This document shows, piece after piece, positions 13,830 to 27,449 of a DNA stretch of 64,000 bases. A program made the position numbers and the translations under genes. How positions within the stretch are numbered: position 1 is the first letter of the stretch; each line of letters begins with the position of its first letter. The stretch is from Raillietiella orientalis (lineage: Eukaryota), in the NCBI GenBank assembly GCA_036172245.1, contig JAYWIR010000018.1, forward strand, positions 3,224,001 to 3,288,000, in the 5' to 3' direction. Under the pieces are notes generated by a model. It ran no database searches. It saw nothing but the letters and a program-made list of their open reading frames with translations, and was not told where the DNA came from.

Positions 13830-14225
13830 TGATGGAAACTGGATGCCTCCGCTGACTGGAAGGGATTGCAAGTCGACCCTCTGGGGCCTTTCAGAAATCG
13901 AGTAGCCCTTCGAGGTTCCCCTCAGGTTGTGAACAGGGGGCCGTACCATGGAGCTAAATGATTGGGAGTCGGAGAAGTTGGTCGGGAGTTGCCTCTCCAG
14001 AGTGCAAGAAGCGCGTTGCTCCCCTCGGGGAGCGCCGTTCAAAGAAATTGTGAAGCGTCCCTTCGAGGTTCTCGTCGGTGGAGGAGGAAAGAAGGAGTAG
14101 TTCCCTTGCGGGTTTCCTTCGAGATGAAACGAATGACCTCATCCGAAGGACCAAGGACTCCGGAGAGAATATAAGAGAGCTGCTCCCTCCGAGGATCCCT
14201 CTGGAAAGAATATGGAAGACAACAG
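13830..14225 (+). repeat. Copy of unclassified repeat module
   Basis: GVGEVGRELPLQSARS...EEERRSSSLAGFLRDETNDLIR is nearly identical to the minus-strand copy at 26.4-26.65 kb. Confidence 0.75.
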
Positions 14226-14580
14226 GGTGTGACCACAGAGAAGGGAAAAACTGTGGTGTCACTTCCCGATCGTCGCGGCAGGTGAGGTGCGAAGCGCTCG
14301 AGCGTCAATCAGACTCCGAAACGGAGTCTGACGCAACTGCCAACCGGCGTATCACACACGCGGAGGCGGCAGCGCGCTGGCTAATGCCTTCAGGCGCGAG
14401 GCGCATGCCGCGAGACTGAGAGCTCACCCCGGAGCGCCAAGCAACGACACCGGGAGACGAGCACTCGATTGCGTGCATCACCTCGGAGGCCGGTGGCGAC
14501 CGCACCCTCCAACCCGTCGTGCTGCTGACTGCCCGCTCGCCCGACGAGGTGAGCAAAACGGCCCCAATTTCCCAGCCGTG

Positions 14581-17500
14581 ATGCGAGGAATCGAGTGTTC
14601 TCGTCGTCTGTCCGTCGCGTGTTGGAACGTGAACGGTCTGCAGAACGACGAGAAGAGGCGATTGGTAGCGAACGCCCTGCGCCCCTTTGACCTCGCGCTC
14701 CTGCAGGAGATTCACGTAATCTCCGACGAACAGGCTGCGGAAATCGAGGAGCGCACTGGCGGTGCGGCGACCCACACACGGCGGCGTCGCGTTCCTCTCA
14801 AGAGGAAAATTGGCGGGAGCGGTGCGTGGCATTCGATTCGACGATGATTGGCTAGTGGGCCAACTTGTTGTCAAGTGGTCCGAGTCCATCGATCTCGTCG
14901 TGATGAACATCTACGCGCCGAGTGGCTCCCGCTACCTCGAAGAAAGAATTGCACTCTTCGAGGAAGTGTAGAGCTACTGGCTCAACACCACCGGCCCCCA
15001 AGTGGCGCACCTCGTCGCAGGGGACTTCAATGTCCACCTGCTCTCTGATGAATGGAGCTGCCCGAGGGAGTTCTTGCTGGACATCGAGATGTGCGCGTCA
15101 GTGCGCGCTGCCAACTTGATGGTCGGTGTACCTGAGATGCCAAGATCGCCGGATCACATCTTCCTCGATGACAACCTATATTCTCGTGTGAGGAGGAGAG
15201 AAAGATTGCCGTCCGAACTTTCTGACCATCACAGGTTGGAGTTCGAGCTCCTTCCGCCAGGCAAGGGGCCTCCGTTGAACAACTGGAGGATGCTGGAGGA
15301 CTGGCTTAGCCATCCAGAGGCGGCGGAACATCTCCGTCAGCACCTTCGGGACTTCGTCATCCGCGAACGGAAAAACATCGCCAATCTCGCGGACTGGGAT
15401 TATTTCTTCAAGAGATCGGTCCGCGAGTTATGCGAAGGGTTCCCCTTGCACCGGCTTCCACGCGGCTTTGGAGAAGGCGTCTCCAACAGCAGGAGTTTCC
15501 TGCAGGAGCGCACCATTTCGAGACGCGCGAATGTCAGCCGGCTTGCGGAGTACAAGGCCAGAGACGAGAGCCAGGTCTGGCATTCTGGAGCATCTTGTTT
15601 GCTCGACGAAAAGGGCCAGGAATGCTCAGCACCAGCCGGTATACACCGCATTGTAAAACGCTTTTACTCATCGCTGTATGAGGAAGCGCCAAAGGAAAAT
15701 ATCTTTTCCGAGATACTTCTGTCTCAGGATGCTCCCGTCGTCAGCGAGGAGGAACGCGCACGTCTCGACGAGTCCTTCACAGAGGAGGAAATTTCGTCCG
15801 CCATCGCGGGGTCCAAGAGACGAAAAGCGCCAGGCGAGGATGGGCTCCCCGCGGAGTTTTATCAGTGTTTCGCGGCGGAGCTCACCCTCCTGGTGCTTAG
15901 TCTCTTGTCGCTGATGAGGTTTGAACCCGGTCACGCCGGGACGTTTATTCATGGAACAAACCACAGACTTGAAGGGATACGTATCCCTCCAAGACACAAG
16001 AAACTCCCATACAAAAAGTTCAACCCGGAAAAACCACCTGTACGCAGGCCGTCTTCGAAAAGAAGGGAACGGAGGGAGGGGACACAAAATAAACCCAAAA
16101 AGAAAGGGAGGATGGGGACAGGGATCTTTGGTTTGAAACGTTCCTCTTCTTTCTAGAAGCGCCGCTTGACGATGGCGCTTTCCCAGACGACTTTTCTGGG
16201 AAGATGAGACCACCATGCAGCTGCCTTCATAAGGTTGGCAGCTATCCTGGTGGCGCCCTTACGCTGCGAACTTCCTTCGATCTTACGGCGGGTCGTCACG
16301 ATGAAATGGATGCAACAGGTTGTTGCGATCACATCGCCCTTCTTCATTCCGCCTTCGCTGAGGAAGCGTCGCAGCAGGCTTGTCGCTGATGAGGGATTCG
16401 GGGGATGTGCGAGGGTGCGTCTCTTGCCGAAAGGTGGAGACGCACGCCATCTGAACAACTGGAGTCTGATCACCATGGTAAACTCGGACATGAAGTTGAT
16501 CTTCAAGCTGTGGGTTGTGCGGCTAGGGAGGATCACCGAGTCCTTGGTAAGCCCGGAACAAACTTACGCTGTTCCCGGGCGGTCCATGGACGAGAATCTT
16601 CTGTTCTCCCGCTCGCGCAGCGCAGCAAAGTCGGGCAACGGCCGCTACCGCAGGCAAAAGATATCGGCACAAGCGGCAGGATGGTACGCCGGGTGCCTTG
16701 GCGGTCACAGTCGATCTCCACAAGGCGTTCGACTGTGTGAACCAGGAACTCCTATTGGAGTTTCTGGAACTCCTCGGTCTCCCAGCACAGCCTCTTAACT
16801 ACTTGCGCTCTGGCCCCACGCGCTCACCTGTATTGCTTTCAGTGGCTGCCACGGTATTCCCAGGGACATCCGGCAGGGCAATAGTTTGATCCTGTTGCTC
16901 TTCAGCATCTTTGAGTTGATGCAGAGGGCGTACAGGCTGACGCTGGAGTATCTGCCTAGCTCTTGCTCGGGAACGCCTGCCGTGGCTGCCTATGCAGATG
17001 ACCTGCTTCCTCTGCTCCCCAAGTCCACCCCTGCGTCCAGTGTCGAAGACCTGATTCGTCGGGGAGCGGGCGTGAGCGTGAACGGGAAGAAGAGCGTGGT
17101 CGTTCCTGTGGGTGCGTCGTGGGAGGGCAGTCCGACTGGATCCGCCTGGGGATCCCAACGAGCCGGTACTTCAAGTACCTTGGCGTTCCGTTGGGAACTT
17201 CTGCCAGTCAGAAGCCTGGTCAGGTCATCTCCAGAAAGTGAAGTCGTCGATCGGTCCGTTACTGGAAGGAACCGCCGGAACGGATCGCGGTGTGGAACGC
17301 GTTCGCGGCCCCCCCCCTTTTCGGCCCCCTGCTTTTTGTTTACCCCGTACCCCGCGAGATGAAGAAGAGAAGGGACCAAGGACCTCCTGCGCATCGCTCT
17401 GTGGGGCAGCGGAAGGCCTCGTGTGCCTCTGCAGGACTTGTGCGCTCCGCGTCGGGACGGCGGTCTTAGCCTCCTGACGCTGGAGCGCGTGGAAATTCAG

Positions 17501-18768
17501 CTGCGATGGAGAACCTTGGCCATCGCGGAGAAGTACTGGAGCACCCATTGGTGCGTTCCGGCCCGCCTCCTCACCACACATGTATCCAGAGCGGGAGGGC
17601 TCCCCTCTTTTCTTCTGTGCTCCAGCCGAAAAATAAGAAGATGTGGCCTTCTTCTCGGACGCATGGTCACCCTGGCCAAGGAGAATGGCTGGATGGCCTG
17701 CAGCCCGCCAACTCCAGAGCATGGCTGGAAGGAACAGTTGGCACGTAGGTGAATCTGAACCAGAAAAGTGGTGAATCCTGGAACCGCCTGCGAACCGGCA
17801 TCTATACCCGCTGCACGCTGCGGAACATGCTCGAGTGTCCCTCCAGAAGCATGACCACGGCGGAGACGACCCCACTGACCACGGCACTGCCCTTCTTGAG
17901 GAGGGTGCTCAGCAGCAGCCGAACGCCGAGGTGGCAAGTCTCCTGCCGAATAGCGCGCAAGGAGAAGCTGTTAAGAGATTGGACCACGAGGAAACTGGCT
18001 GACGCCGCGACCCCGAGCGTCCTTCCGCGAGGAATTCAGAGATGTAGCGAGCTGCTGGGCATCCCGCCGGATGACCTAAAGTGGCCCCCGGTATTCAGAG
18101 ACACATCCACCCTCCCCCTCAAGTGGCAGGAATCGGCGCTGCTGCTGTTGCAATGGGGTCTTCCCTGCAACACGCGCCGCCACCACTGGATGTTGGGGAA
18201 GGTGGCATAGAAGTGTACAGTGTGCGGGGAGAAGGAATCCCTCCCCCACCTATTAGTGGACTGCGCTGCCCTCCGACCCTTGTGGGAACGTTTTGCTACG
18301 ACCCTCCGGATGCCTGTCGGCAGTCCTCCCAGAGACGTTGTGAGACTCCCTGCAACCAGCCTCAGTCCTGGCAGCGCTCTGCTGCCTCCGAGGGATTGTG
18401 GCTGCGTGGAGCGCAGCCAACAGAGGAAGCAGCGATAGGGACCATTTCGTACACGCGGGTCGCTACCTGCGAATCGAGATCGGATAATCCCATCTGGGAG
18501 CTATGACGAGGGACCTCGAGGGCATCCTGGAAAGGATGGTCTCTTCCTCCAGCGGACTGTGATCCCTTCCCGGCCCTCAAAAGTGTTTCTTTTTTTTGTT
18601 TCCTTTATTTTTTTGTGTGTTTTTTCCCCCATCCCCCTCCGCTGCCGAGGAGTCTCGAGCCGGTCTGCGAACCGGCTTCCTGGCAGGCCCCTTGAACTAT
18701 TGGCCGTAGCGGGGTCTAGTACCGCAAATATACTGTGTTTAGAAATAAACGCCCCGGCGTGACCGTGT
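14581..18768 (+). mobile_element. L1/Tx1-like non-LTR retrotransposon, near full ORF2 (APE-RT-Cys/His), pseudogenised, with 3'UTR
   Basis: Motifs in the expected order: CWNVNGL, LLQEIH, GGVAFL, NIYAPSG, AGDFNV, SDH, KAPGEDGLPAEFY, LLPKGGD..LNNW..ITMVNSDMKL, SPEQTYAVPGRS, VDLHKAFDCV, AYADD, FKYLG, GGLSL, KCTVCGEKESLPHLLVDC. Multiple stops and frameshifts. Ends AATAAACGCCCCGGCGTGACCG. Confidence 0.93.
15920..16378 (-). mobile_element. 5'-truncated LINE 3' end nested in the RT of the 14.6-18.8 kb copy, with 16-bp TSD
   Basis: Perfect direct repeat CTTGTCGCTGATGAGG at 15904-15919 and 16379-16394. The insert ends AATAAACGTCCCGGCGTGACCGGGTTCAAA. Confidence 0.9.
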
Positions 18769-18769
18769 G

Positions 18770-20083
18770 GGAACTCCCCAGGTGGTCTTCATGGAAAAGT
18801 CATGGAGCATTATCTGGTGCCAAACTTTAGATGTTCTCGTCCGGCAAGCCACCGGTAGCGTAGGACTCGCGTCCTTCCTTGCGCGCCGTCCATGCAGTCT
18901 CATCCACGGCGGACTGCACCTGCGGCAGGTGGCCACGCTGGCGAGGAAAAACGGATGAATCTCGTGACGTTCCGCGAACGGTAGTGCCCGGCTGCAGGAA
19001 ACCGTGCGCATATGAGCGAGGATCCAGGAGCCAGGAGCGGAACAGGTACAACGCTTCCTGTACGCGCGTAACAACAACTGCATGCTCCGGGAAATCCTGG
19101 AAGATCTCGTGAAGAGTGCGTGTGCAAGCAGAACCTCCCTCGCCGCCGCGCTGCCTTCCCTTAGGGAGCATATGGATAGCAGCAGCCTTACAACTAGATG
19201 GGAGGTTACTGTGGAAATCTCCAAAAGGAGGAAAGGGCTGGGCGAGCGGAAACGGGCGATCTCATCTACTCTGCGATCCAGATTTCTGAACCTCGTGGAC
19301 GTTTGCACTGGAACATGCTACTAGGTATTCTGGAGGAAGGCCTTCAGTGACCAGTGCTGGTGAACTCCCCTTGAAGTGGCAGCAGTCGGCAACGATGCTG
19401 CTGCACCGGGGCCTCCTGTGCAACACCCGCCGGCATCTGTAAACACAGGTGTTTGTGAACCCAAACTGTGCGGGAATGGTGTGGGAATGCAAGGTGTGGG
19501 AATCCTTCCCGCACTTCCTAGTGGACTGCGTTGCCCTCCGACCCCTTTGGGGACCCTTTGCCGCCACCCTTGGAACCTCCGGTGGCAACCCCAGAGACGT
19601 TGTAAAGCACCTCTTCCTAAGTGACGATCTCACGTCAGCCGCATCCCTAGCAGCAGTATGCTTCCTACGAGGGATCGTGGCTACATAAAGCAATGTCAGA
19701 GGAGGCCAGAACGACAGAGGCGCCATCTATTTTGCTGTCCTCTTCATGAGGACAGCGTTCAAGATGGCCCTATCTGAGAGTCTTGAAACAGGAACTTGCC
19801 GACATCCTTACAAGGATGCAAAGGGCGCCCTCCAGCACACAATGATCCCTTCCCGAACCCCCCCCCCCTCCTCTTTCTTTCTTTTTACTGTCTTTTTCTG
19901 TTTTGTTTTCTTTTGTTTTTTTCTTCTTGTTTGTCTCCCTTCCCCTCTGCTACCGAGAACCCTGCTGTTCTGCGTGCCAAATCCCGGCAGGTTCCTTGTC
20001 CTTTTTATTAGTAACGTGGATCAAACGTCCTGCCTCAGATATGTAGGTTTATTTTATAAATAAACGCCCAGCGTGACCGGGTA
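18770..20083 (+). mobile_element. 5'-truncated L1/Tx1-like copy (ORF2 C-terminus and 3'UTR)
   Basis: LPLKWQQSATMLLHRGLLCNTRR and ESFPHFLVDCVALRPLW parallel 18.1-18.3 kb; terminal motif at 20059-20083. Confidence 0.85.
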
Positions 20084-20089
20084 TTGCTT

Positions 20090-20720
20090 CCAAAGCCCGT
20101 GGGCCATACAGACCCATCTTGCGGGGGGGGGGGACTGGAAACCCACGACGCACCAACTTCTCGGCGTCGATCCTCCACGTGGAGATTCGTACTTGCAATG
20201 ATTCGTACTTGGTACCACGCGCGGAGACTGGTACCAAGAATATTTTCCAGTGCCTCTTCATGCGTTACACCCTGCCGCCAGCCGCAACTCTAGCAGTTCT
20301 CTGTTGTGTACGCGGAATGGTGGCAAGCTGGAACACCAGAAGAAGAGACCACAACAGCAGGGATGCCATCTATTAGACGGAAATCTTCTTGAGGACCACT
20401 TCCCGATAGCCCCAACTTTAAGAAAACAATGCAGAACTTGTCAGCATGCTGAACAGGATGCATAGGACGCCTCACGGCAAATAGTAATCCCATCACCACC
20501 CCTCCTGCCCAAAAACATCCCCCCCTCGCTCTTTTACTCTTTTTTTTTTTTTATGGTTTTCCCTCCTCCTTCGCCGCTGGAGCGAACCTCATCGGTCTGC
20601 GTACCGGTTTTGACAAGTCTTTCGCGCTTGTTTGAACCTAGTGTTCTTCCACAATATTGTAAAAAATAGCGACTTTATTATAAACTTTTGCAGAAAATGC
20701 CCCGACAAATCCATGTGACA
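20090..20720 (+). mobile_element. 5'-truncated LINE 3' fragment
   Basis: KNIFQCLFMRYTLPPAATLAVLCCVRGMVASWN..RRDHNSRDAIY, T-rich UTR, and variant terminal motif AAAATGCCCCGACAAATCCATGTG. Confidence 0.75.
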
Positions 20721-23399
20721 AACCTAAAAGAGGAAGTCAAGAGAGAAATGGATAGCATCCGCCGCCGGTTCTAGGAGGAACGAACAGCCGAGACCAGTGA
20801 CCCCTGTCCCTACCCTCTCTTCTCTATTTGTTTATTTGCTGTCCCCTTCCCTGCCATTCCGGACTGCTCCAGCAGCCGACGTGCTTGTCGGTGAATCCCT
20901 CTCACGAACTGTTGATTTTTTTTTTTTTTCCAGAAAACGTCACTGTGTGGTAAAAACTGCCACGAGATGGCGACTGCTCTGGCTGATTGTCCCCAGGGAG
21001 AAACCCCTCTAGAGGTGGGCAGAGACCCAAGACGTTCGTCGAAATTTTTTGCTCTTGAATTTCGGCTTGTGGTTCTTTTGAGTCGCCTAGTTGACGAGGA
21101 CGACGAAGCGCTCCCGAGCGCCATCCAGGGTGCCAATTGTCCTCTTGAAGGAAAGAGATTCCTCATTCTTCTGTGCTGCTATTGACTGCACTAGTGTTGT
21201 CCAGTGTTATCAAGTGGCAACGATGAGATCAGGGTGGCTGGAGTGGGGTGCAGTCTTCAAGGCGGCTCAAGAAGTACTCGTCGAAAGTGCCTGCTTTGGC
21301 TGGTAGGGTACAGATGAAGGTACATTGCAATAGACGGAAAGAAATGGGGTTGACAGAGAGAGGTGAGATAGGGACGAGTAATCCGCACAGTAGGTTTGGT
21401 GGAGCGATCAAGATTCGGGAGGGGAAGGTGTGGTCGGGAGAGGTCAGTGAAACCAAACCGTCCTGGAGGCTCTCGAGCGCTCGTTCCGGAGGCGGTAGAA
21501 TGACGGTGACGCCGCTCGACGGCTGGTCCTGCAACTTCCTCTTGTCGAGGCGCCGAAAGTCCTGAGCTCTGAGTGAGCGCTGACTGCGAGCAGCTGCGGA
21601 GACCCCAGCCTGTTGCCTCTCGAACGGGAGACGGGCAGCATGCCTACGGGGCGCAAGGATGTGGCCGGGAAGCGTCGGGGGAAGGCGGAAAAGCAGTGAC
21701 TCGTTTGGTCCGCGATGGACGAGGATTCGTGATGACTTCGGAGGAGGAACGCGAAAAAGGGAAGGCGTTCCCTGGACAACCTCAAGGACGTCCGCCACGC
21801 GAGACGCCGGCCGAGCGTGCTCGCGCTGCTTGATGACGTCCCTGATGCGTCCCAGGAGATGCCGCGACCTTCGATCGCTACGTGTCGCACACTGCCTCCC
21901 GGAGATCCGCGTTCCCTGTGTCTTCCCAAGGAAGCTATAGTCCACAGACTCTAGGGTAGGGCTCCTAATGCTCGGAAGGGGAAGAGAAAAAAAAAAAGCT
22001 TACGAAATCCCGCCCCGCTTCCTGTCGGAACAGCAGGGTGCATTATCCATCAGCTTCCTGATCGATTCCCGTGAGAAGTTCTTCAATGAAATACAGGAAG
22101 CTTATCGGGAAGAGATGAGGCTAATCTTAGCATGCCCCTGAACATCTGCCCCGGTCGCAGGCTGCCTCCTCCCCTCTCTCCGCGTTTCTTTTCGCTTTTC
22201 CTGGCGCCGTCTTGCGCATGGCCGAACGCGAAGTCCTGGAGACTCCTCCTCCTCCTTCCCTCTCTTCCAAGAAGCTTTCGATCAGCGCCTCGGAGATCGT
22301 CGCGCGGAGACAGCGCCATCTTCATGAGGGATTCGGAACGCGGGGAAGTCCTGAGCAGACGCGGGAGCTGCCTGCGGGCCAATGGCTTCAGGAGAGGGAG
22401 TGCGACGCGCAGCGTTCTCGTGCCTTCGTTCGGTGCGATGCCTCTGGGATCTCCCAGCCTCGTGGCCAATGGGTACGCCACACCGCACCCTTCGACGACC
22501 GATAACCAGAGAAGCTGCTACTCCCTTCCCAAAATCCTTCTCCTGCTTCTCCCATCTCGACCTCCGAGAGAAGACACTTCGCATTGCCTACAGTCGAGCG
22601 CAACAGCAGAGGTTTTCCCTCTCAAGATGCGTGGCAACGCCGCATGACACCTCCGTTGACACGGTGTCCGGGGAATGGACTCAGGGGACTCCCTGCGTTT
22701 CATCCTCGCCACTTGTGGCCACCAGCGTCCCGCGGTGGCGATGTGGCTACGAGTCTGGTCCAGAGTCGCTTCTGCTCTGCTCCCAAGAGCAGCCCGTGAT
22801 GCGATCGGTGCGCGCCGAGACTGCGGTCGCCTCAGGTAACCTTCCTCTTCTTCACGAGAGGTCGTGCCGTTCGGCGTCGGCATCAGTAGCAGCCAGCAGC
22901 CCTGTGGGGCAGGAAGGGAAAGGAGAATGCGCCTCTACTTTTTCTCTGGCTTCCGCTCTGAGGAAAATCGGCTGCTCCGGCGCGCTGTCCACCTCTCAGG
23001 CATTTTTGACTGCCCTTCCGGGGTGCTTGAAAACTCGTTCGGTAGCGGTGCTTTCACCTCTAAGGGTCACCTGCAGAGGTTAGCAGACGACCCCTCTCGG
23101 GCATCAGGGAAATTCCTGTGCGGTTTCTTTTCGCACAACTGGCCGTCCTTGATCCGGTACCGATGACGATGAGGAACTTGTAACGCCGCTTCCCACGGGA
23201 CAATGGATTACCGTTGCACTGGCGGAAGCTTCCCCAAGGTCGGAGCAACAGCGGAACGCACCGTTCGGGCTGCCGTCCGTGCTCATACCGATGCGCGCCC
23301 TCTGACCCGGTGAAGCAGATGCCTCCTCTCCCCATCCCCTTCTATCCGACGTCCCACCCCCACCCCAAGTGCCTGGCCTGGATCTCCTCGTTGCGGCAA

Positions 23400-23730
23400 G
23401 CGGGTGGGTCTGCCTCTCTGTAAAGGGAGGGGTCCGCGGACGCGGCTTTCGGCGCAGGAGGGATGTGAATTGCAGCGGAATTTCTTCTTAAGAACCCACT
23501 CGTTCCTCCAGACTGTAAGAAGCGCGCTGGCAGGAGGCAGCAAGGAGCGAATCTCCCTTTCCGGGGGATTCTTCTGGAAAAAGAATTCCTTTTCCGATTT
23601 CCTTCAGAGAAGAAGTGAGGAGTGACACTCCCCTCCGAACCCCTCTGGAAAGAATGAGGAAGAGGAATCCTTCGGAGACAACCAGAGCAAAGTGACTCAG
23701 GGAAGATTTGGCCTCGGCATTGGCCACCTC
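23400..23730 (+). repeat. Diverged copy of unclassified repeat module
   Basis: CCCCTCTGGAAAGAATGAGGAAGAGGAATCCTTCGGAGACAACCAGAG matches the reverse complement of 43350-43410. Confidence 0.6.
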
Positions 23731-24929
23731 GAAGAAGGGAGTAGCGAGTCCTTAGCAATCGCGCTTTATTAGAATGATTCCATTCCAGTCTTTCTCACCG
23801 CGCTCCTCCTCCGTGCTTCCTTCCGAGATCCCGCATCCTCTCGGCAGCCGATGCTGGACCACAGCGCGCTCGTACGGAGTAGCAGATGGGAGCGCGCATG
23901 ACCCCTCGCGATGACCTTTAGGTGTCGTAACCGGGATGTAGTAGCTGCAACGGCGCAGAGTCCAGTAAGCCAACCGACCAACAAGCCCCGCAACCTTCCG
24001 AGAGGTGGGAAGCACGCGGGAGGGGAGGGGAGTAGGAGGCCATGATCCTCCTCCGCCTGCGTGCGTTTTCGGTGCGCCTTCGGTTCGGGAACGCTGTTAT
24101 TGTTGCACCCTAGGTGGTCTGCAGAGAGAGTGGTCTGACCGCCACCAGTCGAGCTCTGCCTTTAAAGTGCCCGCCGTACCTGAGGGCGGCTCGGAAGAGG
24201 TTCCGACGGACCCTGTCCGAGCACCCACGGATTTTGGAAGAAGGCGCCGATTGGAAGATTCACCCACCGCCCACTGTAGCACAAGCAGGCTACTGGACAC
24301 GTGCGATTGCGTCCGAAGACATTCTGCACGTCTCCAGCGGAATTCTGCAATCCAGCAAACAGACTTTTGATCTGAGCTGGTCCCTTTCATTGCCAGGGCT
24401 CCAACCTATCTGACCGGGACCCGGAGAACTTTGACAGACGGGTGTGCGCAAGGCACCCTCTGATTCTTGAAGCTATATCGGCCGCTTTTGAGACATCCAT
24501 TTTTGACAGGGAACAGGAGCCATACCCCTCCACTCAGGGGAGCTAAAATTCTCCTGCCCAACTGTCCTCCTACTGTCCTCTAAAATCATTCAAGGGTCGC
24601 GCGGGCTTGTTACCCGGCGTTGGGGCTGCTTCCCGGGTGAGCTCGTTCGTCGAAGTTGCTTCCTGCGGACGGGTTCGCGGTTCACGGCCACGCCATGAGT
24701 CCCCCTTTCGGCCGGGCGAAGTTGAGTAGCGTCGTTATTGGTGAGCACCTGAATGGATGACCGCCTGGGAACCTCGGATGCCGTGTTGATTCCTCCTTTC
24801 ATCAGTGAGGTGGGAGATCCCCTGCAAGGTTGCCGCAGCCCTCGATGGCCGCAAGACGAGCGAGCTGGTGGACGCCGCCGCTCCTCGTTTCTAAGCAAAG
24901 GAACTCTTTTGGTGAAGGGACCTGCTTGG

Positions 24930-25840
24930 TTTATCACCTGGTCATGCCGAGAAGTTGATTATAAAGAATAAACATACTTGTGTGGGGCCATCAGCCCTAC
25001 ATTGTCCGGAAATGCTCAGAACCTGCCGAGTAACTAGCACGCAGGCCGGCGAGGTTCGCCTCGGCAGAGGAGGGGGAGGAGGCAAACAAAAATAAAATTA
25101 AAACAAAAAAATATATGCAGTAAATTGGGAGGGTTAGGGAAGAGATCACCGGGAGCTGGAGGGCGTCCTCTGAAAGTTTTATCCGAGTATGCAGCAGGTA
25201 GGGCCATCTTACTGCCGTCTTTAGAAAACTCAGAGAGAGGCAGATGGCATCCCTATCTTGCCATTCTCCTCTCGCATAACTCTAGGCCGCCACAATCCTA
25301 CGTAGGCAGCAAAGAGTTGCTAGGGATGCGGCAGACGAAAGGGAATCGCCCAAAAAGAGGTGCTTCATCACGTCCTTGGGATGGTCCTTTGATGCTCCAA
25401 GGACTGTTACGTAACGTAACCACAAGGGCTGGAGAGCAACACAGTCTTCAAGCGGGTGCCGGAGGGATTCCCATTCCCTGCAGCTGAAACAATTGGCCCC
25501 GGTCCAATGGAAGCGGAGGGAGTTGCACGGGGGACCCCACTGCAACAGCAGAAGTGCCGACTCCTGCCAATTCAGAAGAGTCCGGTGGTTCTTCAGGCCT
25601 GGGGTCACTCAGGTCTTCTAGCGGATTCCCAGCAGCTCACTCCAATGCAATAGTCCCTTGGGTGGGGCACTTAGGGTCCCAGCGTTGTGGGCTGACCCAT
25701 ATAGTTCCCTCGTCTTCTGAGTGATTTCGCAACTGACCTCGCATTTGACCAGCTGGTTAGTGTCCAGGTGCTCCCTCAGAGAGGGCAGTGCCGACCCTTG
25801 CTTGAGGTTCCTTCCAAACGACTCGTGGTCCTTCACCTAT
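24930..25840 (-). mobile_element. 5'-truncated L1/Tx1-like copy (C-terminus and 3' end)
   Basis: LLNWQESALLLLQWGPPCNSLRFHW..CFSCREWESLRHPLEDCVALQPLW; variant terminal motif at ~24930-24962. Confidence 0.85.
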
Positions 25841-26219
25841 GTGTAGGCACTACAGTGCTGTTTTTCTTGCGGAAACAGGATGCTCTGCTGCTTCCGAATT
25901 GAGGATTCTGGTGCAATCAGAGCAGACACCTGGTTTCCGGGTAAGTTGCTTTACTGAACTGTTTCAGTTGCGGGATCATCGAATTGTTCCTGCATCTCAT
26001 GTTGGACTGCACTGACCTGGAGGACATGTGGCGGAGACTCGCCTCGGCGGTTCGTCTCTACACTTTGATCTTAGCCAAAAAGCCAAGAAGCGAGCAGCTG
26101 GTAGACACTACCATGGGCTTGCTGCGGCGATCTCTCACCGCAGACGCTTCTGTGATACAAGATCTGTTGCCTACGCGCCATCGTCACAGCCCGTTTTGTG
26201 GTGGCGTCTCGCTTGCAGC

Positions 26220-26700
26220 TAAGGTTCATCAAGTGCTAAAGAACCATCCGCCTCCTCAGGGAAGAGGGGCCCACAAGCTCTTTAATACTGTCCACCCACC
26301 CGAGGGCATCTCAAGTTATTGGGAGCAACCCTGTAAGTACCACCCTATGAATCCAGGAATGCTCGGAGGAAGGAGTCCGCTTCTCTTGAGTTTGCTTGAG
26401 AGGGAACCCCGAGGGGACTTTCTGCCATATTCCCTCCGGAGGGATCCCCGGAGGGAGCAGCTCCCTTATTCTCTCTGGAGTCGTTGGTCCCTCGGATGAG
26501 GTCATTCGTTTCTTCTCGAAAGGCACCCTCAAGGGAACTACTCCTTCTTTCCTCCTCCTCCGGCGATAACCTCGAAGGGACGCTTCTTGCACTCTGGAGA
26601 GGCAACTCCCGACCAACTTCTCCAACTCCCTGAGGACAGCTACCTGGCGGTCTCGCCTGCAGGAAGTCTCCATGAAAATCGTCACCATCGACAGCCGCTT
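26220..26700 (-). repeat. Copy of unclassified repeat module
   Basis: RELEKLVGSCLSRVQEAS...RELLPPGIPPEGIWQKVPSGFPLKQTQEKRTPSS, shared with the other copies. Confidence 0.75.
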
Positions 26701-27449
26701 CTAGGAAGAAAGGAACGTGCCTTACCCCTGTTCCTTCCCTCCAGTCTTCTTGATTTATTGTCCCCTCTCTCCCGTTCCGGACTTCCCTAAACACCGGCCT
26801 GCGTGCCAGTGGTCATCCACAGCAAACTTTCCTTTGTTTTCTTTGTTGTTGTTCTGTACCTGTACTCAGGAGTGACTCAGGGTCCCCCTGATTTGTCGTT
26901 AATTTATTTTCAAATAAAGTCCTGCCGTAGCCGGGAGCAAACCTATGGACGGGCGAAACCTGCGACTTACGACTTCCCCACGGCGGAAAGTTCTAGCTTC
27001 CCCTCCCCCCCCATCTGTGGCAGCAGTACTGGAACACTCTCCAACGGCGTTTGCAGGAATTTCCTTTCTTACTCTTTCACGATTCCCCGTGGTCTTTCCC
27101 TGACGACACCGTTCCTCAGCAATACGGAAGAGGCCGCGGTTTACAACTCGCAGCCAGCTCATGTTCGGACGCGGCTCCTATTGAGCCACAGATAAGCTTC
27201 TTATGGTTTATTGATTTTTGTGCATTTGACGCACTCTGTACCCCTCTGATGTGATTCAAGATGTTGCCATGTCCTGCCATCGGTTCGTCAGCTTCCCTTG
27301 CTTTCTGCGAGATCCAACGGAGAAAATGTGGGGAAAATGGTGGATGGGTCCTACAGAAGGCACCACGAGTGGGTGCGAAAAAAACAAAAACAAAAACGAA
27401 ACATCTGAGAGTTGTAGGAAACTGAGCAGAGTCATGCGGATCTCGCGCA

